A stretch of DNA of 64,000 nucleotides, from positions 22,382,001-22,446,000 of the forward strand of contig OX597826.1 of NCBI GenBank assembly GCA_951406725.2, in the 5' to 3' direction. Below the pieces are notes generated by a model that did no database searches, was not told the origin of the DNA, and saw only the letters and a program-made list of their open reading frames with translations. Both the position numbers and the translations under genes were made by a program. This document shows, piece after piece, positions 17,006 to 29,329 of the stretch. The first letter of the stretch is position 1. Each line of letters opens with the position of its first letter. The stretch is from Octopus vulgaris (taxonomy: Eukaryota).

Positions 17006-17665
17006 TTATTATTGATCTACATTGATTGAAAAGTAAGCTTTGTACCTATAAGATTCCATCTTGGAACAGTGACTTATCAAATAATTGCTGTCATTGTTTC
17101 CAGGGAAGAATATATTCTATTGAATCAGTTCATATATTTTGTGTTAACGACCAACTCAGTAGGATTTTGATCAAGGGGACATTATGTGATCTGCCACCCA
17201 TCTGCCTTAAATTTTTTATTCCCTTTCCTAAGTAGTGAGATGCTATAAAAATAGTAGTCTGTTGAAGTAAAAACTTTATCGTAACATAATTTCATTCTGT
17301 AACCCTTCTATGGTTATACTTCTCTTATGAGTAGACTGCCACTTAGTTTCAATTATTTTTCTTTATTATAATCAAGATGTTTAGAAAAATTTACCAAAAT
17401 ATTTGTAAGTTAAATATTCTGGTATATTATGTTGGTGTTGACAAACTGAAATCTTGTGATATCAACCTGGTTATTAAATTTTGAGCTATTTTCACCTAAA
17501 TATGAACATTCTGTGCAAACTCTGTTTTTAACATACAAAATCTGTTAAGAGAAGTTTTTCTCCAACAGAAAATTACATTTAGCACCATTCTTTCTATTTA
17601 CATTTTTATGCATATCGTTATTTTAATCGAATGCTTATTGATCTAATAACACATTTGTTATTTAA

Positions 17666-17885
17666 CCCTTTAGCATTTAAACCGGCTATATCCGGCCCAA
17701 ACATTCCACCCATTTTATGTTCAGACCAGCCAGATCTGACCTCTCACATGTACCCTAAAATGTCATTCTAAAAACAATCAATCACATCATTGAAATCTCG
17801 AAGCTATGAGATAAGCCATGATTAAATCAAAACAATGTGAATAAATAAGCATTACTTTTGACAGAATAATCTGAATACTAAAGGG
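17666..17885. mobile_element. piggyBac-type MITE with TTAA target-site duplication
   Basis: TTAA|CCCTTTAGCATT...AATACTAAAGGG|TTAA. Confidence 0.85.
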
Positions 17886-19304
17886 TTAAACCTTCTCGTT
17901 GCCAGATTTCTGACACACACTGCCTTTGTTTCAATTAATTCGGGAAAGTACGAAGCATTTAATAAAATAACTTTGTCATTAATTAATCTGTTGTTAGGAA
18001 CATAAATTAACATGAAATTTTGTGGAAGATTTTAATTTAGATCACTTTAAAGTAGTAAGTTTCTATCATAGATCCAAGAATAACCTCAGACATGTTGGTA
18101 TCAAAAGGCTTAATCTAATCATGGTTATATAATGATGAGGCCTTTAGTTTGGGTACTTTCAGATGGATATGGAATTAAAAAGGTTAACAGTCTTTCTCCT
18201 ATGTATCAGTGTCAGATGTACCAGTACTATATTGCAGTGGGTTTCACAATTTTTTTTTAATATACATTTTAGTTTTAACAGAATTTGGCAAAGTAATAAA
18301 GAACAAAGGAGTCAAATTTTTATTTTTATTTTTTTATGGTTTACTAAGCAGAAAGGACATAGGATCAATAATTTCCATAAACCTTTCAAGACTAGTGAGA
18401 TGAAATTTCCCTTCACTAGCTTAGTCAGAAGAACAGCTGTTTTCATAGACTCTTTCTAGGTTTACAGACTAATGGTAGAGGGAATTATTCACAGGTTGGA
18501 GATGTGCCTCCAATGCCTGCAACAGAGTGCACTCTATTTATGGCACTCAAAAGTTAAGTGTCGGTGGCACTAAACTTGATGATACATAAATTTACACCCC
18601 AAGAAGAGGAAATGTTATTGCTTAATGGTATCGTCATTGTTTCTGTCCACTAAATTCCACCCATTAGGCTTTGGTAAGGATGAATAAAAAATTATCCAAG
18701 GTACCGTGCATTGGGATCGAACCTTAAACCACATAGTTGCAAAATGGACTTCTTAACCATACAGTTATACATGTACTCATATGTGGACATTTGTAGTAAG
18801 TACATTCCTGATTGTATATGCAATTAGATATGTCTGATTGCAAAGGGTGGGAGGTAATAGTTCACAAGAGCAACCAAGAAATATTGCCACTGTAGGGTGC
18901 CTAACTAAATCCCTAAAACGTAAAGGGACATATAACTAAATAATTTAGTCATACATCTCATTAAGTTCTAAATTCAAATCTTTATTGGGAATCAATAAAA
19001 TAAATGTATCTAAAGTACTGGCTTAGATCAATTGCACTCACCTCACCACAAATTTCTGGCTATCTTTATCATTGTTAATATTTAGTTGCATGAACGTCTC
19101 TGAAATGTCAAATCTTTTCCTTTTTTTTTTTTTTTTTTTTTTCTATTATTCCTAACATACCAAACAGCATTGTTAATTCATATGTCCCCCTTCATTTCCT
19201 ACTAGAGTTAACAGTTAAGATCCAGGAGTGTCGAATCCACAATCTGGTTTTTCTTTTTCTGGTTCGAGTTCTTTACTTCACTTTTCTCTATATTTCTTAT
19301 ACAG

Positions 19305-19372
19305 CTACAACATTGATGTTCTGGAACCCTTAGCTCCAAAGCCTTTTCAGTTCACTGATCTTTCTGAACCAG
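19305..19372 (+). CDS. Candidate internal exon of an unidentified host gene (YNIDVLEPLAPKPFQFTDLSEP)
   Basis: Polypyrimidine tract + TACAG acceptor, a 68-nt open non-repetitive segment, and an AG|GTGTGG donor. The protein is not recognised. Confidence 0.4.
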
Positions 19373-20744
19373 GTGTGGTCACCTTCATCAACAAATATTA
19401 AACTTTCTTAAATGTTTAAATAAAAATAATGGTACTTATACATTAGTATAAATAATACAAATTTATTGATACTGTGCTGTACATGGTACCAGTAAACTAG
19501 TCTAGTGACCACAGGGATTTGAAGTTCCTGCTCATAAATTAGTGCAGATTAAAAGGGGTTCCAGACCATCAGGGTCCAGAAAGTTGGTGTTGTACCTGTA
19601 TCAGTAACATTTTTAGGGTGAGGGTAAAAATAATAGGTTACGAGTTACAGAGCCTGGTGAAAAATAAATAAAACTGAAACATTTCTCTTATTGAAACTTT
19701 ATTTAAAATGAATTTTCCATGACCTCTTTTTAAAATTTTTTAATTAATGAAACGGTTGTTGGTTTTATCAGGGAAATGCTGGCTTCACATATTGTGTTAG
19801 TAAAAGGAAGATTGTCTGGTAGAGTGCATCCCTCTACTGGCTATTTTATTGTTCTACAGCCGGAAATTTCAGGTTTGAGGAGGTATAAATGAAGCAAAAT
19901 TGTTCAAACTGGAAGCAAACCTATTCTACAGCCTCTGTTTGTCCACCAATCTACATCTACTTATGCAAACTATACTGAACAAATTCATGTAAAAATTCTG
20001 ATCTCAAGTTATCAGTTTGCTTAGGTTGTTTATCAGGTCAGGTCGTATCAGACCCCAAAAAAAAGATTTTTTTTTCTTTTTTCAATAAATAAAAAATTCT
20101 CAATTAAAAAAAAGAAAAAAACAACTGACAAAAATGAGCCTTTGAATAAAAGAAAGAAAGAATAAAACTAATTTTATCATTTTTTTAAAACCGTTGTTGC
20201 TTACTTTTAGTTTGATGTTTGAGTTATTGCTCTCGATGTTTTAATTTTTTATTCTTTTTCAATTTTAAAAATTTTGTGGAAATTAAAACAAATTTTATTT
20301 TAAATACAACTTATTAGGTCTGATGTTTATGAAAGTATTAAAATAAAGCGTATTAAAATAGGCGTATGAGTGGCTGTGGTTCATGTCCAATCACCAAAGT
20401 TAAGCAAAGTTGAGCCTAATTGGTACTTAGATAAGTGACTGCTTAGAAACTTAGGTGCTGTAAGCATCTCACTTTTAAATGGTGGGGCCTCAGCATGGCC
20501 ACAGTTCTTGAGCTGAAATAAGTAAAAATGTAATTGCTTTAGTGACATTGAACAAAAACTACTGAAGAGTAAAATTTTCACTTCCCAACCATGTTGTTCC
20601 AGGTTCAATCCCACTGTGTAGTAATGGGGAAAATATCTATTTATAGCCCTGGGCCAGCCAATGTCTTATGAGTGAATTTGGTTTATAAAAACTGAAAGAA
20701 GCAAGTTGTATGTGTCTACATACATATCTATCTATTTATATAGA

Positions 20745-20925
20745 TAGATCGTTAGCCACTACACACATTTTTTCTCTCCTTGTTTTTCCTGTGTCCCTTT
20801 CTGTAGAAGAGCATAGGCTCGAAACGTAAAAGACTTTTTCTTTTCCTGAGCGTTATACTAATACATCTGTTTGTTTTGTACACCACCTATCTTCATCTTT
20901 TGTTTTTTTTTCGTAAACTCTCCCT
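20745..20925 (+). mobile_element. HHR-bearing element, family A
   Basis: Aligns with 23822-24017. Ends CTCTCCC + (TA)n. Confidence 0.85.
20797..20832 (+). ncRNA. Minimal type I hammerhead motif, A6U core
   Basis: CTTT CTGTAGA AGAGC ATAG GCTC GAAAC GTA|AAAG. Confidence 0.75.
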
Positions 20926-20963
20926 ATATATATATATAGCAAAACTGTCTGATATATATATAG

Positions 20964-21013
20964 CAAAAACTGTCTGATGAACGGCAACGAGAAATTCAGA
21001 GTAACAGATTTTG
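20964..21013 (+). ncRNA. Type I hammerhead motif (base of stem II mismatched)
   Basis: CAAAAACTGT CTGATGA ACG-GCAA-CGA GAAA TTCAGA GTA|ACAGATTTTG. Stem I pairs 9 of 10, and loop II is a GNRA tetraloop. Confidence 0.7.
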
Positions 21014-21069
21014 TTGAATTTTCTGCTGCTTAAAATAAAGTATATATATATATATATATATATATATAA

Positions 21070-22205
21070 CTTTGATAAGTTTCGGCCTGTATGGGCCCAG
21101 GTTATGTCTAACTCAATAGCACTACCTGGTAAAGTCTTTTAGTCATATGGGGCACCATAGCTCACTCTAGCAAAGAGTTATTATTGTTGGAGACATATCC
21201 GGGCGTCGGAGGTTGGTCCGGGATTTCTTGAACAAATTTCTCCAGTGAACATTTGAATTTTATGGGATCCGTTTCCGTTTTGATGAATTTTTGGTATGGT
21301 ATTAAAGAGAGCTGGACCAGTTGAGGTAAAGTAATTGTGACGTAATGTTGCTCTGTGTACCGAGTTCGATTTTTGTAGTGGACGAATAGCACGGGGGCCA
21401 AGTTTTGCATGGATTTTAAAATTGATGCCAACTTCATTTGTGCAATATTGATGTAATACTTTTCACATAACACAAATGATGTAGCGCTCCCGGCGGCGTT
21501 GGAGAGAGTAGAGATTGAGTTTTTTAGTCGACCCCAATAATCAATGTCTCTCATGCCGTCTATCTTTCCTGTTATTGACCTATGAACTGATTCTACTTTC
21601 ATAATGAGTTGCTTCGTATAGGGCAACAGTACTCAAGGTGGGATCGAGCAAAAGTAGAGAAGGATGATGGTGTAGGCATCTCTAGACCAGAAAATTCTCA
21701 GAATCCAGGGGTACATCTTGCGGGCCAAGTCAACCTTGCTGTTTATGTGGGAACTCCATCTTAGATTGTTATCAACTATTACTCCAAGATCTCTGGTGTT
21801 GTTGGATGACACTAGGGAAGAGCATATGATAATTACAGAGTTTTCTCTTTCCCAAAGTGGATCAAATCAAACTTATCTTCATTTGAAAGCATATTGTTTT
21901 TTTCCGCCTGTTGGACAATAGCAAACAGATCTGACTGAAGGCGTGTTCAGTCTGTCTGGAGTTTGGAATCATCCGCAAAGATTTTCAGTGTAGAATGTAT
22001 GATGACATCTACTATGTCGTTGATGTAAATAATGAAGAGGAGTGGGCCCAACACAGTACCTTTTGGGACACCACTACTGACTTTAGCTGAGCTGGATCAT
22101 ATTCCCTGAAACACATGTTGGGTTCTGTTCGTCAGGAAACACTTTATCCACTGCAGCAGCTTACCACAGACTCCAATAAGAATAATCCATGGACAGAATT
22201 TATAA
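21070..22205 (-). mobile_element. 5'-truncated CR1-like LINE remnant (reverse transcriptase pseudogene)
   Basis: Minus strand reads SGVPKGTVLGPLLFIIYIND...FADDSK, and the C-terminus reads IPDQPPTPGY...NSLLE. Frameshifted. Confidence 0.9.
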
Positions 22206-22210
22206 ATATC

Positions 22211-22359
22211 TTAATGCATTGCTACGCGAGTTTCCACAAATCACATGTTTCTTACGATCATAGTCCATATTCCTGGGATGATTACAGTAGTCTGTAGTAT
22301 CCATGAACACTAGGTGGATCATATTCATGCGTTCATTTCCTCAGGCGATATGGCATTAA
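22211..22359 (-). ncRNA. Type I hammerhead motif with a ~100 nt insertion in place of stem II
   Basis: Minus strand: TTAATGC cat ATCGC CTGAGGA [103 nt] GAAAC TCGC GTA|GCAAT GCATTAA. Bulged stem I pairs 11 of 12, but the base of stem II is not clean. Confidence 0.55.
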
Positions 22360-22829
22360 AGTTGGAAGCACGGATGTATAACTGAGGGTTGTTTATCAAT
22401 TTTAACCGATAAAAAGGTTGATTAGGGTATATGGGCAGTTCTCTGTGTATTTGGTGTAGCGGAGTAGACGATAATTATAAAGGAGAGGGAGGTATGTGGT
22501 GATGTTAGACTTATTATATTTGAGTATGCGGATGTCAGGATGTGTAGAATAGTTCATTTATTTGACCTTAGTCACAGTAGGCACTCTCTCAATGAATTCA
22601 GATGTAGAAAGGTCAACGGGTACAGCCATTCTGTTGTTGACAAATGATATTCTCTTAAAATATCCTTTTAGTTATTTTTGGTGGTACAACAGTATGACAT
22701 GTAGCATGTGAAAAAATAATGGTTATTTTGTTTAGTTGCTTAATGTTCTTTTCTTGTCTTATTATATGCTAAAAGCGGTTAGCGTTTTTCTGTTTCAAAA
22801 TGTTCTTTTCAAATACAAAGTATGATGCC

Positions 22830-23050
22830 TTGCTTTAATCCTTACATGATATAATTACTTCGGAGTGTCTATTAATTATATTTTCTCTGGATGTGATGAT
22901 CATCAGGGTTTCCTCTAAGCATAAATTGTACACCCGCGATGTTCTATTCTATGGTGTAGCATTTCTTACTATTGACAAGTTTGTCGTATGCTCCACTCCT
23001 TTCAGATTGAGCCTCCAGATGCGGTTAGATTATGATGTGGAGTAACTTTT
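22830..23050 (-). pseudogene. Penelope-like element C-terminal GIY-YIG endonuclease remnant
   Basis: Minus translation STS*SNRIWRLNLKGVEH...NLCLEETLMIITSRENIINRHSEVIISC, the same motif layout as the 37.5 kb PLE. Confidence 0.65.
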
Positions 23051-23259
23051 GTTTACATTGGAAAATGACGTAAGATGGCTACACATTTATTCTACATTAT
23101 ATCGGCACAGCTCGGTACAACCACATAAATTGCTAATGCCAGTTGGTATCAATAAGCTGTAACCGGCATAATAAAATGGGGGCTTTGATATGCATATTCA
23201 AAAACGTTTCCCGTAAACGAACTTACAGGATATATATATATGGCTACATTTTCAAAACG

Positions 23260-23446
23260 TAACCACATGTGAATCGTTGCCAATTCCCCCGTCTTCCCTT
23301 CCATTGGACTTTCCTTTGTTTCCGATGAACAGCGTCTGCTCGAAACGTTAAACCATCTTTCTTTCCTTCCCTGAGCGTCTGCTAATACTTTACATGTACC
23401 ACGTCCTCGCGTTGTTGTTTTTTTGTTTGCTCTTCTTTTGTGGATT

Positions 23447-23450
<4 letters not shown>
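23260..23450 (+). mobile_element. HHR-bearing element, family B
   Basis: Aligns with 24018-24214. Its 3' end abuts (TA)n. Confidence 0.8.
23318..23353 (+). ncRNA. Minimal type I hammerhead motif (U4C, one stem II mismatch)
   Basis: GTTT CCGATGA ACAGC GTCT GCTC GAAAC GTT|AAAC. Confidence 0.7.
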
Positions 23451-23495
<45 letters not shown>

Positions 23496-23501
<6 letters not shown>

Positions 23502-23667
23502 GTGTTATGAGCATTTATAGAACACGTATCCTATATAAACTCAACAAAGATGGAGAAGAGAAGGTGTTAAGAATTTTATAACATTTTATAAAACTTTTAA
23601 CACTGTCTTCTCCATCTTTAATTGTTTGTTGACCCGTGTTTTATAAATGATCATAGCACACCTTATA
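23496..23667. repeat. Imperfect ~170 bp palindrome next to (TA)n
   Basis: AAGGTGTGTTATGAGCATTTATAG...AAAGATGGAGAAG is mirrored by CTTCTCCATCTTT...TATAAATGATCATAGCACACCTT. Confidence 0.85.
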
Positions 23668-23784
23668 CTTTTCATATCTTCGTATTTAAAAAAATACAAT
23701 AGTAAGCTGCCAATTTAATACGAAAAATCTTTATTAGAAAACTAACTTTGGAACCCCGCAAAGTGAAGGAGGAAATAGAACTCA

Positions 23785-23818
<34 letters not shown>

Positions 23819-23888
23819 GTTGATAGATCGTTAGCCACTACAAACATTTCTTTCTCTCCTTTTTTTTCTCTCGTTTTTTTCTGTGTCC

Positions 23889-23924
23889 CTTTCTGTAGAA
23901 GAGCGTAGGCTCGAAACGTAAAAG
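23889..23924 (+). ncRNA. Minimal type I hammerhead motif, A6U core
   Basis: CTTT CTGTAGA AGAGC GTAG GCTC GAAAC GTA|AAAG. Confidence 0.75.
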
Positions 23925-24089
23925 ACTTTTTCTATTCTTGAGCGTTATACTAATACATCTGTTTGTTTTGTACACCACCTGTCTTCGTCTTTTGTTTTTT
24001 TCGTAAACCCTCCCTATGTGACTGCGTGTGTACCGTTGGCGATTTTTTTTTCTTCCGTCTTCCCTTTTCTGGATCTTTCCTTTTCCTAT

Positions 24090-24125
24090 GTTTCTGACGA
24101 AGAGCTCCGCTCGAAACGTATAAAC
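24090..24125 (+). ncRNA. Minimal type I hammerhead motif, canonical core
   Basis: GTTT CTGACGA AGAGC TCC GCTC GAAAC GTA|tAAAC, with one extra nucleotide before the 3' strand of stem I. Confidence 0.75.
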
Positions 24126-24209
24126 CCTCCTTCTTCCCTTCCTTCCCGAGCGTCCAATAATACTATATTTGTTCCACGTCCTCGCGTTGTTGTGTTTTCA
24201 TGTTTGGAT

Positions 24210-25000
<791 letters not shown>

Positions 25001-25726
25001 CAACAAGAAGTTTACTTCTCACATGTGTGACTTGAAGTCTCCTTTACAGTGCTTTGGCGGGTAGCCTCAGATTGACCAATTCCTTGAGTAAGGTTTTTGT
25101 AAATGGATACTCTGCAGAAGACCTTTACCTTGTCATAATTTTCGTGTCTTCTTTTCTATGCTGACATGGGTTGGATGGTTTGACGAGAACTGGCAAGGTA
25201 GGGACCGCACCAGGTCCCATAGTCTGTTTTGGCTTAGTTTCTCCATCCCTTTCCTAACGCCAACCACTTTTTAAAGTGTATTAGGTGCATTTTATGTGGC
25301 ACCATCACCAATGCCTTTTGTGTGGCACCTTGGTTTTAGGATACCAATCTTTTGTAAGGGGCAGGTCTTCTTGAGTACATATCTCGGTTCTTTGTTATCT
25401 CCTTCGTAAGGCTCAGCATTTTGAGATCGACCTTCAATACTTTGGCCGATATCTATTTAGCATTGACTATGAGGAGGAAGAGTACTTGATGCCATGGTAG
25501 AGATGTATTAATATTATTTTAGATTTAAATTTAAATAACTATGTTCTCTAACCGGCAAAATTCACTGCAGAGAATTATTTTCTGCAGAATTATTTTCGGT
25601 ATTTTGGCGCGCCAAAACGAAGACTTTTGAAATATAACCCCAAATGTAATAGGTAGAACTATATATATGTTCCATCTCATGCGGACGTCTGGTGCATGGT
25701 TCTTCAAATTATATTTTGCTATGACG

Positions 25727-25768
25727 ATCACACTGGCGTAAGTGGTAACAACGAAACTGGTTTGTGAT
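25727..25768 (+). ncRNA. Decayed minimal hammerhead motif
   Basis: ATCACA CTGGCGT AAGTGGTAACAAC GAAA CTGG TT|TGTGAT. Perfect 6-bp stem I, two core substitutions. Confidence 0.45.
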
Positions 25769-25931
25769 TAATCTGTATATTTCGTATCTTTCCATTTGTC
25801 TTGCTCGCTTACGTTCTGGCGTTTGCTAAATTTTCTTGAGAACAATCCTTTCTTAGCGGTAAGACCATAGGGGGTCGACTTCTAGCATAATGGATGTCCA
25901 CTTAGTGGTCATCCCTCTTATATGTATGTAA

Positions 25932-26316
25932 TCTCTCTCTATATAAACGGCAGTTTGTCTGTGCGTTTTCTGTGTGTCTGTTTTCTCGTACCCTCACTCT
26001 GACCACGGCTTTCAACCGATTCTGATGAAACTTGACACACACATAGCCCAATGTCATAATTCAAAACTAACGCAGCGAAAATTTTGAAAAGTTCCCCCAG
26101 TTCTGAAAAAAATCGATAAATTCGACATGGGGTCGAGAATCAGAAACCCAAACCACAGACCGTCTAGGGGACGCAACTCCACCTTTTTTAACTCTCAAAA
26201 AAAAATTTACCATCATTTTTTTTCCATTTTTTTGCTATTTTTTGGCTATAACTCTCTAAAAATGCTTTATAGTTATTTCCCTTACAAACCTGAGCAACGC
26301 CGGGCGATACTGCTAG
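25932..26316 (+). mobile_element. Non-autonomous Helitron
   Basis: 5' TC...TATATAAA; 3' hairpin CCTGAGC-AAC-GCCGGG then CTAG|T. A partial minus copy lies at ~28750-28828. Confidence 0.8.
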
Positions 26317-26572
26317 TATATATATATATATGATTGATTGATTGATTCTAGTTTCAGCTCATGAGCTGTGGCCATGCTGGGGCACCGCCATATATATATA
26401 TATATATATATATATCCTTTAAGTTCGTTTACGGGAACCGTTTTTGAATATGCATATCAAAGCCCCCATTTTATTATGCCGGTTACAGATTAATGATACC
26501 AACTATGAGGAGGAGGAGTACTTGATGCCATACTAGAGATTAATAATATCATTATTTTGGTTGAGTCGATCT

Positions 26573-26620
26573 CTTGCTACTTAGAGTTTCGTCTGTAGGT
26601 GCACTGAGTCTTCAGGCAAG
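26573..26620 (-). ncRNA. Type I hammerhead motif with decayed stem II
   Basis: Minus strand: CTTGC CTGAAGA CTCAGT-GCACCT-ACAGAC GAAAC TCTAA GTA|GCAAG. Confidence 0.65.
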
Positions 26621-26807
26621 TCATGACGCTTTGTGTCTCATTATATATGGGTATGTGTTCTTTTATATTGAGCAAAAATTCCTGGGGTTGAGTTATGTTT
26701 CTTTAAATCAAAAAGATAAAATAGCCTGGTTCCTAGTTTACCGTTCTCAAAATATCGAAACAATATAACCAACTAGAAAGCCAAAACTAAAAAAATAACT
26801 CACTTAA

Positions 26808-27160
26808 TGTAATGCTCCAGTATGACCACTGCTTAATGACACTACAAGACTATTATTTCATACATTACACCTGTCTGTTTTGTCTCAGCATGACCACGAT
26901 CTCGTTATACTATAAATGACAAAAGAATATTGTTTTATGCGTTATACATATCTGTAATGCCCCAGCATGGCCTCTGTCTAATGACACTACAAACAGTAAA
27001 AGACTATTATTTCATACATACCTGTCTGTAATATCCTAGCATGGGCACTATCTAATTGTACTATAAGCAGCAAACGAATATTATTTTATGCTTTATACTT
27101 GTCTGTAATGCCCCAGCATGGCCTCTGCCTAATGACACTACAAGCAGTAAAATACTATTA
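26808..27160. repeat. Minisatellite, ~75 bp unit with ~150 bp higher-order period
   Basis: Recurring CTGTAATGCCCCAGCATGGCC...AATGACACTACAA. Confidence 0.8.
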
Positions 27161-27730
27161 GATTATTTTATTATACCTTTCTTAAAGGTATAATATAATT
27201 TCTTGGTTGAAAATATAATATAATATAATATAAGGTATAATATAATTTCTTGGTTGAAAATAAACACGAAATCCATCGGTTCAAATCTTTCGCTTGTCAA
27301 TCATCCGTGCTACCCACCCATTGCCGTACATTCACAGCATGGTTCTTTGCATTCTCAACTTCGTTACTTACATATTTACGTTTATCTGCATTTTCAGCAG
27401 ACTTTTCAATATCCACAAACATTTTAGGTGCTCTACATACAGTATGTCAGTCACTTAGCGGGATATGTTACTTTGGTTAATGTCCAAAGTTATGTTTTCA
27501 TTGCTTCGAAGTGGCTGTCATGCAATTCATAAGCACATAGTTCTAGTTTTAATGCACTCAAATTAGAATTTTACTGGATATATTTATCATTTGCAAACAT
27601 GCAATTGCTAATACACCATCACAAAGATAGAGCATACACACGTGCATTTTATGTATGTATGTGTGAGTGCATATATATATATATATATATGCACACACAC
27701 ATACACACACACACACATATATATATATTT

Positions 27731-27974
27731 ATCACCGTGACCGACCAGGCTATCAGATGTTGCTACACATCGCTGGTCACAATGCGCTTCGCATTGTTTT
27801 AGCCTTCAAATGACGCCACCCGCTGGCTAAGCGAGCAGGCCAACAGAAGAAAGAGTGAGAGAAAGTTGTGGCGAAAGAGTACAGCAGGGATCGCCACCAC
27901 CGGAGCCTCACAACGCCCGGTCTAGGAATCGAAACCGCGAGTCCGCTGACCTGACCACTGGGCCATTGCGCCTC

Positions 27975-27977
<3 letters not shown>
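27731..27977 (-). mobile_element. tRNA-derived SINE
   Basis: Minus-strand head GTGGAGGCGCAATGGCCCAGTGG...GGTTTCGATTCC (A and B boxes). Confidence 0.75.
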
Positions 27978-28036
<59 letters not shown>

Positions 28037-28098
28037 AGCCTGCCTCCAGTGGAGGCGCAATGGCCTTTCAATACACTATATATATATATATATATATA

Positions 28099-28380
28099 CA
28101 GGCTGGTTCAAAAGTCTCCATACATAGGAAAAATTTACTACTTCATAAGAGACGGTTTATAAGATACCTAGATACCCTGATCTGACCCCTCTTGATTTAT
28201 GTCTTTGGGGGCTTTTGAAAGGCATAGTGTATCGTGGAAAGATAAAAGACATAAAGCATTTGAAGGAAAGCATTACCAACTCATTTGCACATGTATCACC
28301 AGATGTGCTATTACGAGTTTACAATGAGTGTATTTGCAACGTGTATTCAAAACAATGGTAACCATATTTCGCATTGTTCC
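28099..28380 (+). mobile_element. Internally deleted Tc1/mariner-superfamily transposon
   Basis: TA|CAGGCTGG terminus; translation PDLTPLDLCLWGLLKGIVY (SPDL motif region). Confidence 0.75.
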
Positions 28381-28401
28381 GGCCTTACCCACGAATTATA
28401 C

Positions 28402-28465
<64 letters not shown>

Positions 28466-29329
28466 ATGGATGGATGGATGGGAGGTAGGTAGAAAGATAG
28501 ATAGACATAAACCTTAATAGTTATATATATATTTAATATATATTGCATATGTTATGTATATATATTTCTTTAGAAGTTACCCACAAAATAGCAAACAAAT
28601 GGAAAAAACAAGGACAGACAAAAAAGGTAGATTAAGCGTCCCTAGACTGGTTTGGGTTTCTAATCGACCCCAGTGCGTAACTGGTACTTAATTTATCGAC
28701 CCCGAAAGGAATGATGACATTGGCAAAGTCGACCTCGGCGGAATTTGAACCGTGGTCGAGTGAGGGTACGAGAAAACAGACACACAGAAACACGCACAGA
28801 CAAACTGCCGTTTATATAGAGAGAGATATATTGCATATGTTATGTATATACTATGTACACATCACGTGTGTATGTATATTATGTAAATAAGGATCGTTGA
28901 TTTAAAATAAAATGACGACCCTATCAAGTGGCCAGCATGGAAAAATAACCTTCAAAGGTAACAATTATTAAAATTATAAATTAGGGTATCTACGAGATAC
29001 CACCATGCTGAATATATACCGGCTGTATATTATGTATATACTCTATATACATCACATACGTGTGAGTTCTGTATGGAAAGGTTTGATACATAAAACTTGA
29101 AGTCAGTCAACCCATATTGCATGCATATATGTTGTATGTTGTATTGGAATGCCTATATTCGGTGTACAGCAGGATGAAGGCCTCAGCATGTTTTCTCCAT
29201 CAACCATGGTCTGATGCGGAGGTTGTGAATTTGATCTTCAGATCATACAGGTTTGGTGAACCTGCTCTGTCTCACTGGAGGGGAATGCAGTTTTTATACC
29301 CTTATTTAGGAGTAGCTAAGTCGGTTATA

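Larger units (their letters stand above)
23822..24214 (+). mobile_element. Fused family A (23822-24017) + family B (24018-24214) HHR elements
   Basis: Two homologous modules head-to-tail with no microsatellite spacer. Confidence 0.85.

Noticed and set aside
21065-21110. GGCC...GGCCGAAAC on the minus strand resembling a hammerhead 3' half
   Set aside because: No CUGANGA-like core or stem I. It lies at the LINE 3' end, where a stem-loop is expected.
27260-27530. Protein-like minus-strand frame, vaguely transposase or Crypton-like
   Set aside because: It has an in-frame stop and no motif I can name with confidence.
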